A DNA stretch of 64,000 bases, taken from an uncultured Spirochaetota bacterium. GTDB taxonomy: Bacteria > Spirochaetota > Spirochaetia > SZUA-6 > Fen-1364. This document shows positions 41,392 through 52,703 of this stretch, piece by piece (within the stretch, counting starts at the first letter, position 1; every line of letters starts with the position of its first letter). The stretch spans positions 224,001-288,000 of the forward strand of contig CAVTHO010000006.1 of the NCBI GenBank assembly GCA_963734545.1, read 5' to 3'. A model generated the notes under the pieces. It had not been told where the DNA came from, made no database searches, and saw only the letters and a list, made by a program, of their open reading frames with translations. Made by a program: the position numbers and the translations under genes.

Positions 41392-42865
41392 CTACAACAG
41401 GTAGCCCCAGGTCTGGAGGAGGTCTCCGTCACGGTGCCAGCGCTCGCCGATGTCCGTGCGGTAGAACATGTTGGGGATGATGATGTTCTTCACGCGGTTG
41501 TAGGCCTCGCGGCGCGCATCGTCCATGGTGGATCCCGATCCCGTGACCACCATGACATAGCCCGAGTTCCCCGTCAGGCGCCAGTCACCGTCCACCAGGC
41601 GGATGTCGCAGGGGTGGATACCCTCGTTCATCGGCTTGCGGAAGATGACCACCGCGTCCTCGCTGAACTTTCGGAATGCGTCCGAATCCAGGAAGGGGAA
41701 CGGCGGAACGGCAATCACGACGCAGATCTGGAAGCCTTTCTTGGCCCGCATGGTCACGGGCTGCCCGCGCGCCATGGCGCCCAGGAGATCCGACCACCGG
41801 GAGAGCACCCCCTCGATCTGCAGGTTGATGGTCGGGTAGCCGAACCTGCAGGTGAACTCCAGCGGGTAGATGCCCCGCGAATTGGCGATGCAGTTGATGT
41901 CGATGTACCCGGTGTAGTGAACGGCGGCCAGCCGGTCCTTCATCCTGAGGAGGGTCTGCTGGAACAGCGTGCTGTTTCCGTGCCAGAAGCCGGAGGTCCC
42001 CATCTCCCCTGTCTGGGGGCCGATGTCCTCATTGAACATGCGCTTGTGCTCGAAATTGACGAATACCGGATGCAGGAAATCCCTGCCGTCGAAAAACCCC
42101 CCGACGGCCACCTCGACCCCCGACGCGTATTTCTGAAGCTGGAAGCGCTTGATCTTCTTGCCCCAGCCCGTCTTGTAGTGCTCCAGCATCGTCAGGACGT
42201 CCAGGCCGTCCTCTTCCTGGCCGACAAAGGAAAGGACCTTCTCGTTCTGCGCGGCCGCCGCTCGGCTTGACCACGTAGCGCCCCGGCGTGGCCTTGATGA
42301 ACGCGATGGCGGCGTCGAAGGAGTCGAACTCCCACCGCGGCAGGATGGTCAGGCCGGCCGCCCGCATCTCTTCCTGGCCGAACTCGCGGTCCATCTCCAG
42401 CCGGTCCGTATAGGGGGTGCCCCCCACCACGGCCTTGCCCTCGGCCCGAAGCCTGTCCGCAAGCGCGCCGAACTCGCAGTCGTCGAATACGATGACGTCG
42501 GCCCAATCCTTGCTCTCCTCCCAGCGATCCACTTTTTCCACGAAACCCTCGGCAACGTCACGCTCCGATTTCATCATGATGTGGTAGCGGACTTCATGGC
42601 CCTCTTTCCTGACTTCCCAGGCCAGGTCATGGATGAGGCCCCACTTGGAGATGAAGAGGAACCGTTGAGGCCTCGGACCTGGGAGGGGGGGAATCTGAAC
42701 CAATGTGCTGGCTGTGAGCGGCTGCGCTTCGAGACCGGGGGGCTGAGGGCCTGGTGGCACCTCGGGAGAGTCAGGCGGCGATTCCGGCGCGGCAGGGGGT
42801 GGGGAGCCGGCGGAGGGACCATTGGTCCCGTTTTTTTTCCCCGCGCTCTTGTCCTCACCCGACAT
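41392..42865 (-). CDS. Atypical phosphoribosylamine--glycine ligase (PurD)-like ATP-grasp protein (frameshift near 42255)
   Basis: Motifs LEMDREFG, YVVKP, EHKRMF..DIGPQTGEMGT, LEFTCRFGYP and YRTDIG. Pro-rich N-terminal extension. Confidence 0.75.
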
Positions 42866-42913
42866 CGTGAAGGGAACATATCAGAATGGCGGGCTGGCGG
42901 CAAGTGATTCTTT

Positions 42914-43591
42914 GTGTATATTGGGCGGGTGCCAGCCGCCGGCCCGGAAAAGCTCACGTCGACGCGTGTCACGGCGAATCAGGAGATCGCGCCGGGGATC
43001 TTCATGCTCTCCTTCCCCCGTGAGTTCCACTTCGTTCCCGGGCAGTCGGTCTGGCTCACGACGGACAAGGAGGTTCCACCGCGTCTCTACAGCATCGCCA
43101 GCGGCACCGGCGAGCCGCTTGTGGAGATCCTGTACGACCTGGTGCCCGACGGCCTGCTGACACCGCGGCTGGCCGGGCTGCGCGAAGGCCACACGCTTCT
43201 CGTCTCATCCGCCTTCGGCCCCTTCAGGGACGAGGAAGGCTCCTCGTGCTGGGTCGCGGCAGGCACCGGGGTAGCGCCGTTCGCATCGATGATCCGGTCA
43301 GGGCTCGTGGCCGAGAAGACGCTGATCCATGGCAGCCGGACGATTGCCGGACTGCTGCATCGCGGGCTTTTCACCGACGCTCTCGGAGACCGGTACATGC
43401 CGTGCTGCTCGCGAGAGGCGGCCGCGGGCGTCTTCCACGGACGCCCGACCGAATGGCTGACATTGCAGCGGCTTCCCGCCGCGTCGCGCTATCTCCTGTG
43501 CGGCGGCAGCCGAATGGTCGTGGACTGCCGTGACATCATCATTGCAAAAGGGGTTCCCTTCGAGAGCGTGATAGGAGAGATATACTTCTGA
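42914..43591 (+). CDS. Ferredoxin--NADP reductase-like FAD-binding oxidoreductase
   Basis: Motifs RLYSIAS, G.LTPRL, AGTGVAPF, LCG and a C-terminal EIYF. Confidence 0.85.
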   Translation: MYIGRVPAAGPEKLTSTRVTANQEIAPGIFMLSFPREFHFVPGQSVWLTTDKEVPPRLYSIASGTGEPLVEILYDLVPDGLLTPRLAGLREGHTLLVSSAFGPFRDEEGSSCWVAAGTGVAPFASMIRSGLVAEKTLIHGSRTIAGLLHRGLFTDALGDRYMPCCSREAAAGVFHGRPTEWLTLQRLPAASRYLLCGGSRMVVDCRDIIIAKGVPFESVIGEIYF

Positions 43592-44640
43592 TGTCCGCGA
43601 TGAAGGAAAACCTGTTCGGCATGACCATTGCGCAGCTCGGGAAGGTGGCGGAAGCGGCGGGGATTCCCGCATACGGCGCCCGACAGATCAGCGACTGGCT
43701 CTACCGAAAGAACGCGGGGACCTTCTCCGCGATGTCCAACCTGCCGCGCACCGCGAGGGAGAGCCTTGCCGCCCGCTACGCCATCGACCTGACGCCTCCG
43801 GTCAAGGTGACCGAATCCACCGACGGCACCCGCAAGTATCTGTTTGCCGCTGAAAAGGGCGGATTCGTGGAGGCCGCGTGGATTCCCGAGGCTCGTCGCA
43901 GCACCCTCTGCCTGTCCGTGCAGGTGGGGTGCAAGATGGGGTGCCTTTTCTGCATGACAGGGAAGCAGGGTTTTCAGGGTCAGCTCTCCTCGGCTGAGAT
44001 TCTCAACCAGTACCAGAGCCTCCCGGAGCGCGACACGGTGACGAACATCGTCTACATGGGCATGGGCGAGCCGCTGGACAACCTGCCCAACGTGCTGGAC
44101 AGCCTGGAGGTCCTCTGCGCCGACTACGGTTTCGGGCTCAGCCCGACACGAATCACCGTGTCGACGGTCGGCCTCGTTCCCGCCATGCGCACGTTCCTGG
44201 AGCGGACCCGCTGCCACCTCGCGGTGAGCCTGCACACGCCGTTCGAAGAAGAGCGGCGGCGGCTCATGCCGGTGGAAAACGTGTACCCGCTGAAGGAAGT
44301 GCTTTCCGAGCTCCGCCGGAGCGCGGTCCACGGACAGCGACGGGTCTCTTTCGAATACATCCTGTTCGACCGGCTCAATGACACGCCGCGGCACGCGCGG
44401 GAGCTTGCCCGGATCCTCAACGGGATCCGCTGCCGGGTCAACCTCATCGCCTTCCATCCGATCCCCGGCACGCCGCTGGCTCCGAGCTCCCGGGACACCA
44501 TGGTCCAGTTCGAGGCGCATCTCCGGGAGCACGGAATCATGACCACCATCCGGCATTCACGGGGTCAGGACATCTCCGCGGCCTGCGGCATGCTCTCCAC
44601 TCGGGAGCTGGTCAGGATGAAAGACGAAGCGGATCGATGA
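43591..44640 (+). CDS. rlmN: 23S rRNA/tRNA m2A methyltransferase (radical SAM)
   Basis: Motifs CLSVQVGCKMGCLFC, MGMGEP, SLH and DISAACG. Confidence 0.93.
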   Translation: MSAMKENLFGMTIAQLGKVAEAAGIPAYGARQISDWLYRKNAGTFSAMSNLPRTARESLAARYAIDLTPPVKVTESTDGTRKYLFAAEKGGFVEAAWIPEARRSTLCLSVQVGCKMGCLFCMTGKQGFQGQLSSAEILNQYQSLPERDTVTNIVYMGMGEPLDNLPNVLDSLEVLCADYGFGLSPTRITVSTVGLVPAMRTFLERTRCHLAVSLHTPFEEERRRLMPVENVYPLKEVLSELRRSAVHGQRRVSFEYILFDRLNDTPRHARELARILNGIRCRVNLIAFHPIPGTPLAPSSRDTMVQFEAHLREHGIMTTIRHSRGQDISAACGMLSTRELVRMKDEADR

Positions 44641-44671
44641 GGACCCACCGGCGCCTGTACGTGCCCCCGGC

Positions 44672-45421
44672 TCAGAACAGGAGAGGGATCACCCGCTTAC
44701 GTGCCTTCGGGTAGTCGGGGAACTTCTCAATGTACCAGGCCCGGTTGGCATACGCCCTCGGAACGAGATTGGCCACGGTGAACAGGGCGAAACCCAGCCC
44801 GGGGATCGACCACGCGGCGAGCGCCCAGCCGACCCACTCGATGATCTCGCCGAAATAGTTCGGGTTGGACACGTATTCGAAGAGCCCGCCGCGAGGGACC
44901 TTGTAGCCTCCCTCTCCCGGCGCGCGCAGATTGCGCAGGTTGTGGTCCGCCCACACGTGGATGAGGAAACCCGCCGCGAAGAGCCCGATCCCGATACACA
45001 GCCTGACGCGCGGGAAGAGGCCGTCGGCGGGGAAGGGCGACGCATGGGCGAGGAACGTGCCGTTCGCATATCCGTTCAGGCTGTTGAAGATGGCGGCGAA
45101 AGCAATGAGCACGATGGGGAAACGCTTGCCGTTCTGCCTCATGAGGAAGGGAAAAAGGCACGCGCGGTACAGGTAGTGGATCTCCCAGAGTCCCAGGAGC
45201 AGAAGCGCGATCGGGCTGACGTTCTGCCCGCTGAAAAGCACCGTGGCCCCGATGACCAGGAGCGCAGGCAGCTCCATGAGGATCCAGCCCGCGCGCGGCG
45301 AGACTGAAGGCCCCCACCCCTGGCGGTAGTGCCTGCCATAGGGCGCCGTGAAAAAGAAGAGCGTCGCAAAAACGAACGGCGCTGATGCGAAAATAACAAG
45401 AATGGCGATAGAGTACAGCAT
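44672..45421 (-). CDS. 3-oxo-5-alpha-steroid 4-dehydrogenase (steroid 5-alpha-reductase) family
   Basis: Motifs APYGRH, W.LMELP, HY..R, LRNLR, PRGGLFEYVSNPNYFGE..EW and FPDYPK.RK. Confidence 0.88.
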   Translation of the reverse strand: MLYSIAILVIFASAPFVFATLFFFTAPYGRHYRQGWGPSVSPRAGWILMELPALLVIGATVLFSGQNVSPIALLLLGLWEIHYLYRACLFPFLMRQNGKRFPIVLIAFAAIFNSLNGYANGTFLAHASPFPADGLFPRVRLCIGIGLFAAGFLIHVWADHNLRNLRAPGEGGYKVPRGGLFEYVSNPNYFGEIIEWVGWALAAWSIPGLGFALFTVANLVPRAYANRAWYIEKFPDYPKARKRVIPLLF

Positions 45422-45623
45422 AGGTGTCCTATGTACTGTACCAGATTATGCATAGGGTGGCAACCGCGCCCAGTTGGTCCGGGCGGCGGGGCGACTTGGA
45501 CGGGGCAACTTCGTGGACATTGCGTTTTCGACGGAATTTGCACTTAAGGTTCAAAATTCATCGATTTCATGAGGGTTGAGGACTATGATCCGGAAAAGCC
45601 GAGCGCGCCGAGGGCGGGTCGGC

Positions 45624-48067
45624 TCAGAACAGCCCGAGCTGTCCGCCGGGGGCAAATATGCTTTCCGTGCGCAGCCCGATATAGGGAGCGAGCGATTCGA
45701 CAATCGGCCTGATCTGCTTCTGCACGTAGTGCTCATAGTCGGGGCGTGCGGTGAGCCTGCTCTCCGGCTGGGGACCCTCGGTTGTCCACACGTACCGGAT
45801 GATGCCCGGACCGCTCTTCAGGGGGGAGAAGCGCCGCCGCGCGCGCGTGCGGCGGGGATGATTTGGTATACGCCTCCACCGGCTTTCGCAGAGACTTGCG
45901 GTAGGCGAGCTTCCCGTCCAACTTGCCCGCGCGCAGGTCCCGCAGAAGGGCGCGCAGCCGCTCTTCGATCTCCTCCGCACCTGCATCATGAAACACGCGG
46001 TCGAGAAGCTCGCGCTGCAACTCCTGCGCGAGCGTGGTCCAGTCATGCCGCACCGCCTCGAGGCCGACAATCTCCAGCACCTGCGTTTCAGCCCCCCCTG
46101 CGCCGGCGGCGACCCGCAGGCCCGCATACCCCTTTGCCCTGCCCCTGCCTTCGAAATCCTCCTCCGTATCGTCGCCGGCCGGGCCGGCGTTCCTCATGGG
46201 CGGCAGGAAGAACTGCCGGTAGATGGCCTCGAACTCCAGCTCCAGGCGCGAGGAGACGGCATAGGTGGATTGCAGGTAGTCCGCGAGTCGGGCGTTTATA
46301 GAGAGAGCCAGCTCCGCGCCGACACGGGTCATTTCCTCCACCGGCGCATCCTTGTCCGCGCCGCTCAGCACGAACAGCGAGTCCGTGTCACCGTAGATGA
46401 CCTCGAAGCCCCTGGCCGCCACCTGGTCCCGGGCCCAGTAGAGGATATGCTGGCCCATGGTCGTGATGGCTCCTGCCAGCGCGGAGGCGGCAAACCTGCA
46501 TCCCGGAGTGCCGAGGACCCCATAGAACGAGTTCATCACGATCTTGTAGGCGTAGACGGCGCGCCGATCTCCCCGCTGCCGCGCCGCCTCGCGGCTCTCG
46601 AAAAACCTGTCCAGGATGCCGGGGAGGATGCCCGGCTCCCGCCGGAAGGATGCGCCGTTGGGCGCGGTGATGAGCTCCGCGGGGTCGGTCTTCCCCGCCG
46701 CCGCGCGCACCCGTGTCAGAGGATCGATATTGAACGTGCGCATGATCGAGGGGTAGAGGCTCTTGAAATCGAACGCAAGGACGTTGCGGCAGAGCCCGGC
46801 CCGGGGCGTGATGATGCCGCCGCCGGGCGCGCGGTCGAGAGTGTCCTGATCGACGCCGAGCGTGGGAGCGACTATTCCCCGCTCGTGCAGGTGCTCCGTG
46901 TAAAGGAACTCGAACGAGGCCACGCTCATCGAGGTCTGTTCCAGGGAGGTCCCGATGAGAAGCGACTTGTGGAGGGCGAGCTCGAGCAGACCTTCCTTCT
47001 GCAGTATCTCGAACGCGAGCCGCGTGTCCTCCAGGCAGTACGCGCAGAGGTTGTCCGGCTCCTGCCGGTACAGCCGCTCCACCGCGGCCGTGCGCGTCTC
47101 TCCGGGAAGCTCGTCGATCCTCTTGCCGCGGCCCAGGACGCTCTGCGCGACGGTCTCCAGGCGATAGTCCTCCAGCCCCATCCCCGCCATGCGCACGAGC
47201 CACAGCCCGTCGAGCACCTGCCGGCCCGGGCACGATCGCCTTGCTGCGGTTCCAGCGCGTGATCCCGTCGGTGTCCACACGGTCGAGAAAGCTCGCGGCC
47301 GAATCCGAGCGGCCGATGTCGAAAGGTACCCCGCACGCGGCAAATCGCCGGGCAAGCACGCGGAAGTCGAAATCGACCACGTTCCAGCCGGTGATGATGT
47401 CCGGGTCCATCTCGACGATCCGGGCGCGGAGCGCGCCCAGCATGGCCTCTTCCGTGGGGAAGCATCGGGCGGACGCGGCGCCGGGCCCGTTCAACAGGAC
47501 CTCGCCGCTCGTCGTGCCGCTCGCGGGATCGAAAAAGGCGAGACCCACCGCGTAGACCACCGCCGCGCGCGCGTCCGTCTCTATGTCGAGGGAGAGCACG
47601 GAAAGACGCGGCTCTGTCCGTATGGGCTCGACTTTCGGGTTCTCGTAGATCCGGCCGACCCGTCTCCCTTTCCGCCACTCGCCCTCGACCGCGACGCTGC
47701 CGTGCACGTGGCGGTCCATCAGGAACTGGGTGGACAGCTTCACATCCGCCTCGTACGTCCTGACCCCGGCCTGATGAAGCGCATCCCGCAGCCTCTGGCT
47801 CGCCGCGGTCGTGGGAGTCTCCACGCGGCGCACCGCGGCCCCGTCCATGGTCGTGTGATCCGAAGGAATGAAGGTGGCCGTGCCCGGGCTCCCCGCGGCA
47901 ACCGACTGGGCAAGGGAAAAGTCTCCGTCCCGCACGTAGAAGAAGGGCGTCATCCTCCTCTCCATTATCGCGAAGGTCTCCCCGCACTCCAGCCGGCCCA
48001 CGAGGTGGATCTCGGTGCGCCCGGCGCGCGTGCGCTCTGTCGATTGGAGAATGAAGCCTTTATCCAC
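45624..48067 (-). CDS. polB: DNA polymerase II, family B (frameshifts near 47225 and 45830)
   Basis: Exonuclease motifs SLDIET, GWNVVDFD and Y.LED. Polymerase motifs DFKSLYPS, KIVMNSFYG and YGDTDS. C-terminal QLGLF clamp-binding motif. Confidence 0.92.
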
Positions 48068-48079
48068 GATTCGACTCTA

Positions 48080-48592
48080 TCATGGAGGAGACAGGCAGCC
48101 GAGTATCAGGGCAAGGCACCGGGCCGGGTCCTGGTCCGTATCGACGGTCAGGAAGGGATGGGCGATGGGCTCGAAGCGCACACGCGTCTCGTGGTACAGC
48201 CTCTCCCCCCGATCTCCCGCCGGGTGCGCCCCGCGGTCCCGCGCAATGCGGTCCAGCGCCGTCTTCTCGGCGCAGACGCACTCGATGATGCGGATCTCCG
48301 CGCCGCCGGATTCCGCGGCACGCACGAACTGCTCCACGCGGCGGGCGGAGGAGAGCGCCATGCCGTCGATCACCACGTCACGCTGCCGCCGCAGGAGCAG
48401 CTCCGCCATGGACACGATCAGGTCGTCGACGAGGTTCTTTTCGTCCGCCTCGAACGTGGGCTGAGGGAATATGCTTGCGCGGAGAATGTCGCGGCTCAGG
48501 ACGAGGAGCCCCGGTCTTTCCCTGACGAGGGCGGAGACCAGATGCGATTTACCCGTGCCCGGCAGGCCCCTGAAAACAACGAGCATCGACAT
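48080..48592 (-). CDS. AAA_33-type P-loop kinase
   Basis: Motifs GLPGTGKS, SRD.LR, VVIDG and R...R. Confidence 0.8.
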   Translation of the reverse strand: MSMLVVFRGLPGTGKSHLVSALVRERPGLLVLSRDILRASIFPQPTFEADEKNLVDDLIVSMAELLLRRQRDVVIDGMALSSARRVEQFVRAAESGGAEIRIIECVCAEKTALDRIARDRGAHPAGDRGERLYHETRVRFEPIAHPFLTVDTDQDPARCLALILGCLSPP

Positions 48593-48593
48593 G

Positions 48594-49958
48594 TCATTTC
48601 GCGGCGGGGCTCGGCTTCTCCAGGTCCATGACCAGACCGCCGCCCTTGAAGAGAGACACGCTGCCGGTGGACTGGGACACCACTACCGCGATGCTCGCCG
48701 TGATCTGGGAAAGCGCCGCGGCCGCCGCGTGCCGGGAGCCGAGACCCGACGCGAGGTTCACCGCCGCCTTCTCGGGCCGCAGGAATGTACCGGCGGACAT
48801 GATCACCCCGTCCCCGCGTATGATGAAGGCGCCGTCGATCGTGGAGAACTCCTTGACCGTCTCTTCCAGGCTCGGGTCAAGGATGCTCTTCTCCTCCTCC
48901 CGGTAGCCTCGGAAGGGATTGATGACCATCTGCCGGCAGTACTGCACGACCCGGTCGTAGTCTCCGACCACGAAAGTGGTCCCCACCGGCCGGCCCTCGC
49001 GGCCCTCCCGGGCGATATCCGTCGCGAGCTGCAGGATCTTCTCCAGCACCTGGGGCTCGATGTCGCCGAGCGGGGTTGCGCCGGCCTTCGAGAAGACGGT
49101 GGGGAACTCCCGGCCCACGTCAATGACCAGCAGGGTGTCCAGGAAGCCCGAGGAGGGAACACCGGACAGGCTGACCACCATGTCCCCGCGCGCGAGCAGG
49201 CCACGGGAGACCGCGAAGAGCAGGCCGAGCTCCACCTGGTCCGACCTGTTCAGCGTGGGAAAGGGCACCTGCACGACGTGGGAGACCGGGGCGTGATCCG
49301 TGACAATGTCCGCTTTCGCGGAGGTGATGAGGATGAGCTGGATCTGCGAGGGTATGTCTTCAATGAAGCGGAGACTGCCCACCGCGTCGCCGTGCAGCAC
49401 CACGGCGCTGGCCTTGACCTCCTCTGCCACCGAGAGCGCGTGCGCGAACAGCATGCGGGAAAGCCTCACCTTCGCGGACGTGGCGGGCTTGCCCTCCTGG
49501 TCCCCGTAGCCGCGCGTGATCAGCAGCCGCCAGGTCTCCGCCGCCGTGCGCGCGGTCAGGATGAGCGGCACGAGGGCGCGATCGCGCAGCGTGCGCGCGA
49601 TTTCCGCGAGGAGAAGCACGTGCTGGTCAGGGTCGTCGACGCCGCTCACGATGAGGAAGACGAGGTTGACGGGGTTTCCGTCGCTGGAATCCCAGCCCAC
49701 GCCCCTGCGGCTCCTGCCCACCGCCACTTCGATTCCCTCCCATTCGGGGAGGCGCGCGTGCGGGATGGCGATACCGGGGCCGATCCAGGAGCTGACGATT
49801 CTTTCCCTGTCCTGGATCGCCTTGATGACGATCTCGGCATCCACCTGCCTGTCCGCCAGCGGAAGCGTTCCCGTCAGCTCACGGATTGCCGCCTCCTTGG
49901 AGCGGGCTCTCAAGGTCACGATGCGGGTCGGCGAAAGGTAGCGGGCAAGCAGGGCCAT
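48594..49958 (-). CDS. PTS EIIA domain fused to a DacZ-type diadenylate cyclase
   Basis: N-terminal EIIA_2 (RE…GIAIPHARL). C-terminal DisA_N with EGREG.PVGT, IDGAF, GLGSRHAAA and VVSQSTG. Confidence 0.88.
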   Translation of the reverse strand: MALLARYLSPTRIVTLRARSKEAAIRELTGTLPLADRQVDAEIVIKAIQDRERIVSSWIGPGIAIPHARLPEWEGIEVAVGRSRRGVGWDSSDGNPVNLVFLIVSGVDDPDQHVLLLAEIARTLRDRALVPLILTARTAAETWRLLITRGYGDQEGKPATSAKVRLSRMLFAHALSVAEEVKASAVVLHGDAVGSLRFIEDIPSQIQLILITSAKADIVTDHAPVSHVVQVPFPTLNRSDQVELGLLFAVSRGLLARGDMVVSLSGVPSSGFLDTLLVIDVGREFPTVFSKAGATPLGDIEPQVLEKILQLATDIAREGREGRPVGTTFVVGDYDRVVQYCRQMVINPFRGYREEEKSILDPSLEETVKEFSTIDGAFIIRGDGVIMSAGTFLRPEKAAVNLASGLGSRHAAAAALSQITASIAVVVSQSTGSVSLFKGGGLVMDLEKPSPAAK

Positions 49959-50074
49959 GGCATACTCTTGGTGAGAGTATAATCGTAATGAACCGCTATT
50001 GCCACGTTCTGTGCGGATGCCGCGTTGAAAGGATACCCCCGGCCGGGGTATTATAGAGTAAGGAGTATCGATAC

Positions 50075-50398
50075 ATGCCCGCTGCGCGCGACCCGGCCGG
50101 GATCTTCCAGGAGGATGCCGGCGTACAGCAGAAGACCCGTCTTCAGGAGCCGAAGCTCTACCGGGTCATCCTGCACAACGACCACTACACCACGATGGAT
50201 TTTGTCGTGAAGGTCATCGTCACCGTTTTCCACAAGCCCGCCGCCGAGGCCACGAAGATCATGCTGGACGTGCACAAGAAGGGCAGGGGGATCGTGGGCG
50301 TGTTCAGCTACGATATCGCGGCGACAAAGGTCTCCCAGGTGCACGAGATGGCGCGGCAGAGCGAGTTCCCGCTCCGGGCGAGCTGTGAAGAGGCCTGA
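50075..50398 (+). CDS. clpS: Clp protease adaptor
   Basis: Motifs [23 protein letters not shown] and FPL. Confidence 0.93.
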   Translation: MPAARDPAGIFQEDAGVQQKTRLQEPKLYRVILHNDHYTTMDFVVKVIVTVFHKPAAEATKIMLDVHKKGRGIVGVFSYDIAATKVSQVHEMARQSEFPLRASCEEA

Positions 50399-52687
50399 AT
50401 GGACATTTCCGCCGAATTGAACGAGATCATCGTGGCGGCCTACCGGGAGGCGGAGTCCCGCGGCCACGAGTACCTCACACCCGAGCACGTTCTGTACGCG
50501 TCCCTGTTCTTCGACCGGGGAAGGGAGATCATCCTTGCCTGCGGGGGAAACGTGGAGAGCACTCGCCAAGGATCTCGAGGGCTTCTTTCTCACCCGCATT
50601 CCGGTGGCGGAGAACTCGAAGCCCATCCAGTCCGCGGGCTTCCAGTCCGTCATGGAGAACGCCATCCTCCACACCGTTTCCTCGGAAAAGGGATCCGTCG
50701 AGATCGACGACATACTTGCCTCCATCCTGGAGGAGAAGGAATCCTTCGCGGCTCATTTTCTCACCCAGCAGGGCATCGACCGGCTGGCGCTTCTCTCCTA
50801 CATCTCGCACGGCGTCACCGCTCTACCCGGAATCGGGGGAGGAGCAGCGCGAGGCGGAGGACGCGGACGGGGAGGTCGGGGAAGAGGTCGCAGAGCCGCG
50901 GGAAAGGCCGAAGGCAGGCCGCGCGCTGCAGGCGTACGCCGTGGACCTGACCGAGAAGGCGCGCGCGGGAGGGATCGATCCGCTGATCGGCCGGGACGAT
51001 ATCCTCCAGCGCACGATCCAGGTGCTGTGCCGAAGGCTGAAGAACAATCCCCTCCACGTGGGTGAGGCCGGGCGTGGGGAAGACCGCGATCACGGAAGGG
51101 CTTGCCCAGATGATCGTGGCGGCCAAGGTGCCGAAGGCGCTCCGCGACTACCGCATCTACGCGCTGGACATGGGCTCGCTGCTGGCCGGCACGAAGTTCC
51201 GCGGGGACTTCGAGGAGCGGATGAAGAAGGTGATCAAGGAGCTGGAGAAGCAGGAAAAGGCCATCCTCTTCATCGACGAGATCCACACCGTGGTCGGCGC
51301 CGGCTCCGTGTCCGGCGGATCCATGGACGCGTCCAACATCCTCAAGCCGGTTCTCACCTCGGGGAAGGTGCGCTGCATCGGCTCCACCACCTACGAGGAC
51401 TACCGCAAGTTCTTCGACAAGGACCGGGCGCTCTCGCGACGGTTCCAGAAGATCGAGGTACCCGAGCCCACGACGGACGAGAGCCGTACAGGATCCTCCT
51501 GGGCCTGCGGGAGAAATACGAGAGCTACCACGAGGTGCGATTCACCGAGGAAGCGCTGAAGGCGGCCGCGGAGCTTTCCGCGAAGTTCATCAACGACCGC
51601 CACCTTCCCGACAAGGCCATCGACGTGCTGGACGAGGCCGGCGCGTGGGTGCGGGTCTATGGCCCGGAGGCCACGTCCGACGAGGACGGCGGCGCACGGG
51701 AGGTCTCCGCAAAAGTCGTGGAGCAGGTGGTGGCGCGGATCGCCAAGATCCCCGAGGCCAGCGTCTCCTCCGACGAGCGGGAGAAGCTGAAGAACCTCGA
51801 GTTCGAGCTGAAGCGCAGGGTCTTCGGCCAGGACCACGCGGTGGAGCTCGTGGTGCGCGCCATCCGCAAGTCGCGGGCCGGCTTCGGCGAGCGGGACAAG
51901 CCGGTGGCGTCCCTGCTGTTCGCCGGGCCCACCGGTGTGGGCAAGACCGAGCTGGCCCGGCAGCTTGCCGAGCTCCTGGGTGTCGGCCTCCTGCGGTTCG
52001 ACATGAGCGAGTACCAGGAGAGGCACACCGTGTCGCGTCTGATCGGCGCGCCTCCCGGATACGTCGGCTACGACGACGGCGGCCTGCTCACCGACGCGGT
52101 GCGCAAGACCCCGCACGCGGTCCTGCTCCTGGACGAGATCGAGAAGGCCCACCAGGACATCTACAACATGCTCCTGCAGATCATGGACTACGCCACTCTC
52201 ACGGACAACAATGGAAAGAAGGCCGACTTCCGCAACGTCGATTCTCATCATGACCTCCAACGCCGGCGCGCGTGAGCTGGGCAAGCCGCTCGTGGGATTC
52301 GGCGACAGGTCCGTCCGCGACGACGCGGTGTTCGACGCGGTGGAGCGGATCTTCTCCCCCGAGTTCAGCAACCGGCTGGACGCGGTGGTCAAGTTCAACG
52401 GCCTGGACCACGCGGTGGTGCTCCAGGTGGTGGGGAAGGCCGTTCGCGAGTTCCAGGACGAGCTCGCGGCGAAGAACGTCTCCCTGGAGGTCACCCCCGC
52501 CTGCATGGAGTGGCTTGCCCGCAAGGGGTACTCGACGGAGTTCGGCGCGCGCGAGATCGCGCGCCTGGTGTCCACGAAGCTGAAGGACTTTTTCGTGGAC
52601 GAAATCCTCTTCGGACGGCTCACCGGCGGAGGCCGGGCAAAGGCCGACGTCGACGGCGACGAGGTAGCCTTGAGCGTTCTCACGTAG
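50399..52687 (+). CDS. clpA: ATP-dependent Clp protease ATP-binding subunit (about five frameshifts)
   Basis: Motifs [59 protein letters not shown] and FSPEF. Follows clpS. Confidence 0.92.
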
Positions 52688-52703
52688 CGAGGGAGGCCGA
52701 CGG

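Noticed and set aside
43591-44640. cfr-type resistance methyltransferase, or an ARE-type resistance gene for the ABC-F at 4414
   Set aside because: The sequences and chromosomal context fit housekeeping RlmN and a YbiT-like ABC-F, with no mobile context.
45624-48067. Family B polymerase as a marker of a phage, casposon or pipolin
   Set aside because: It looks like cellular Pol II with a clamp-binding tail, and there are no integrase, cas1, capsid genes or terminal repeats nearby.
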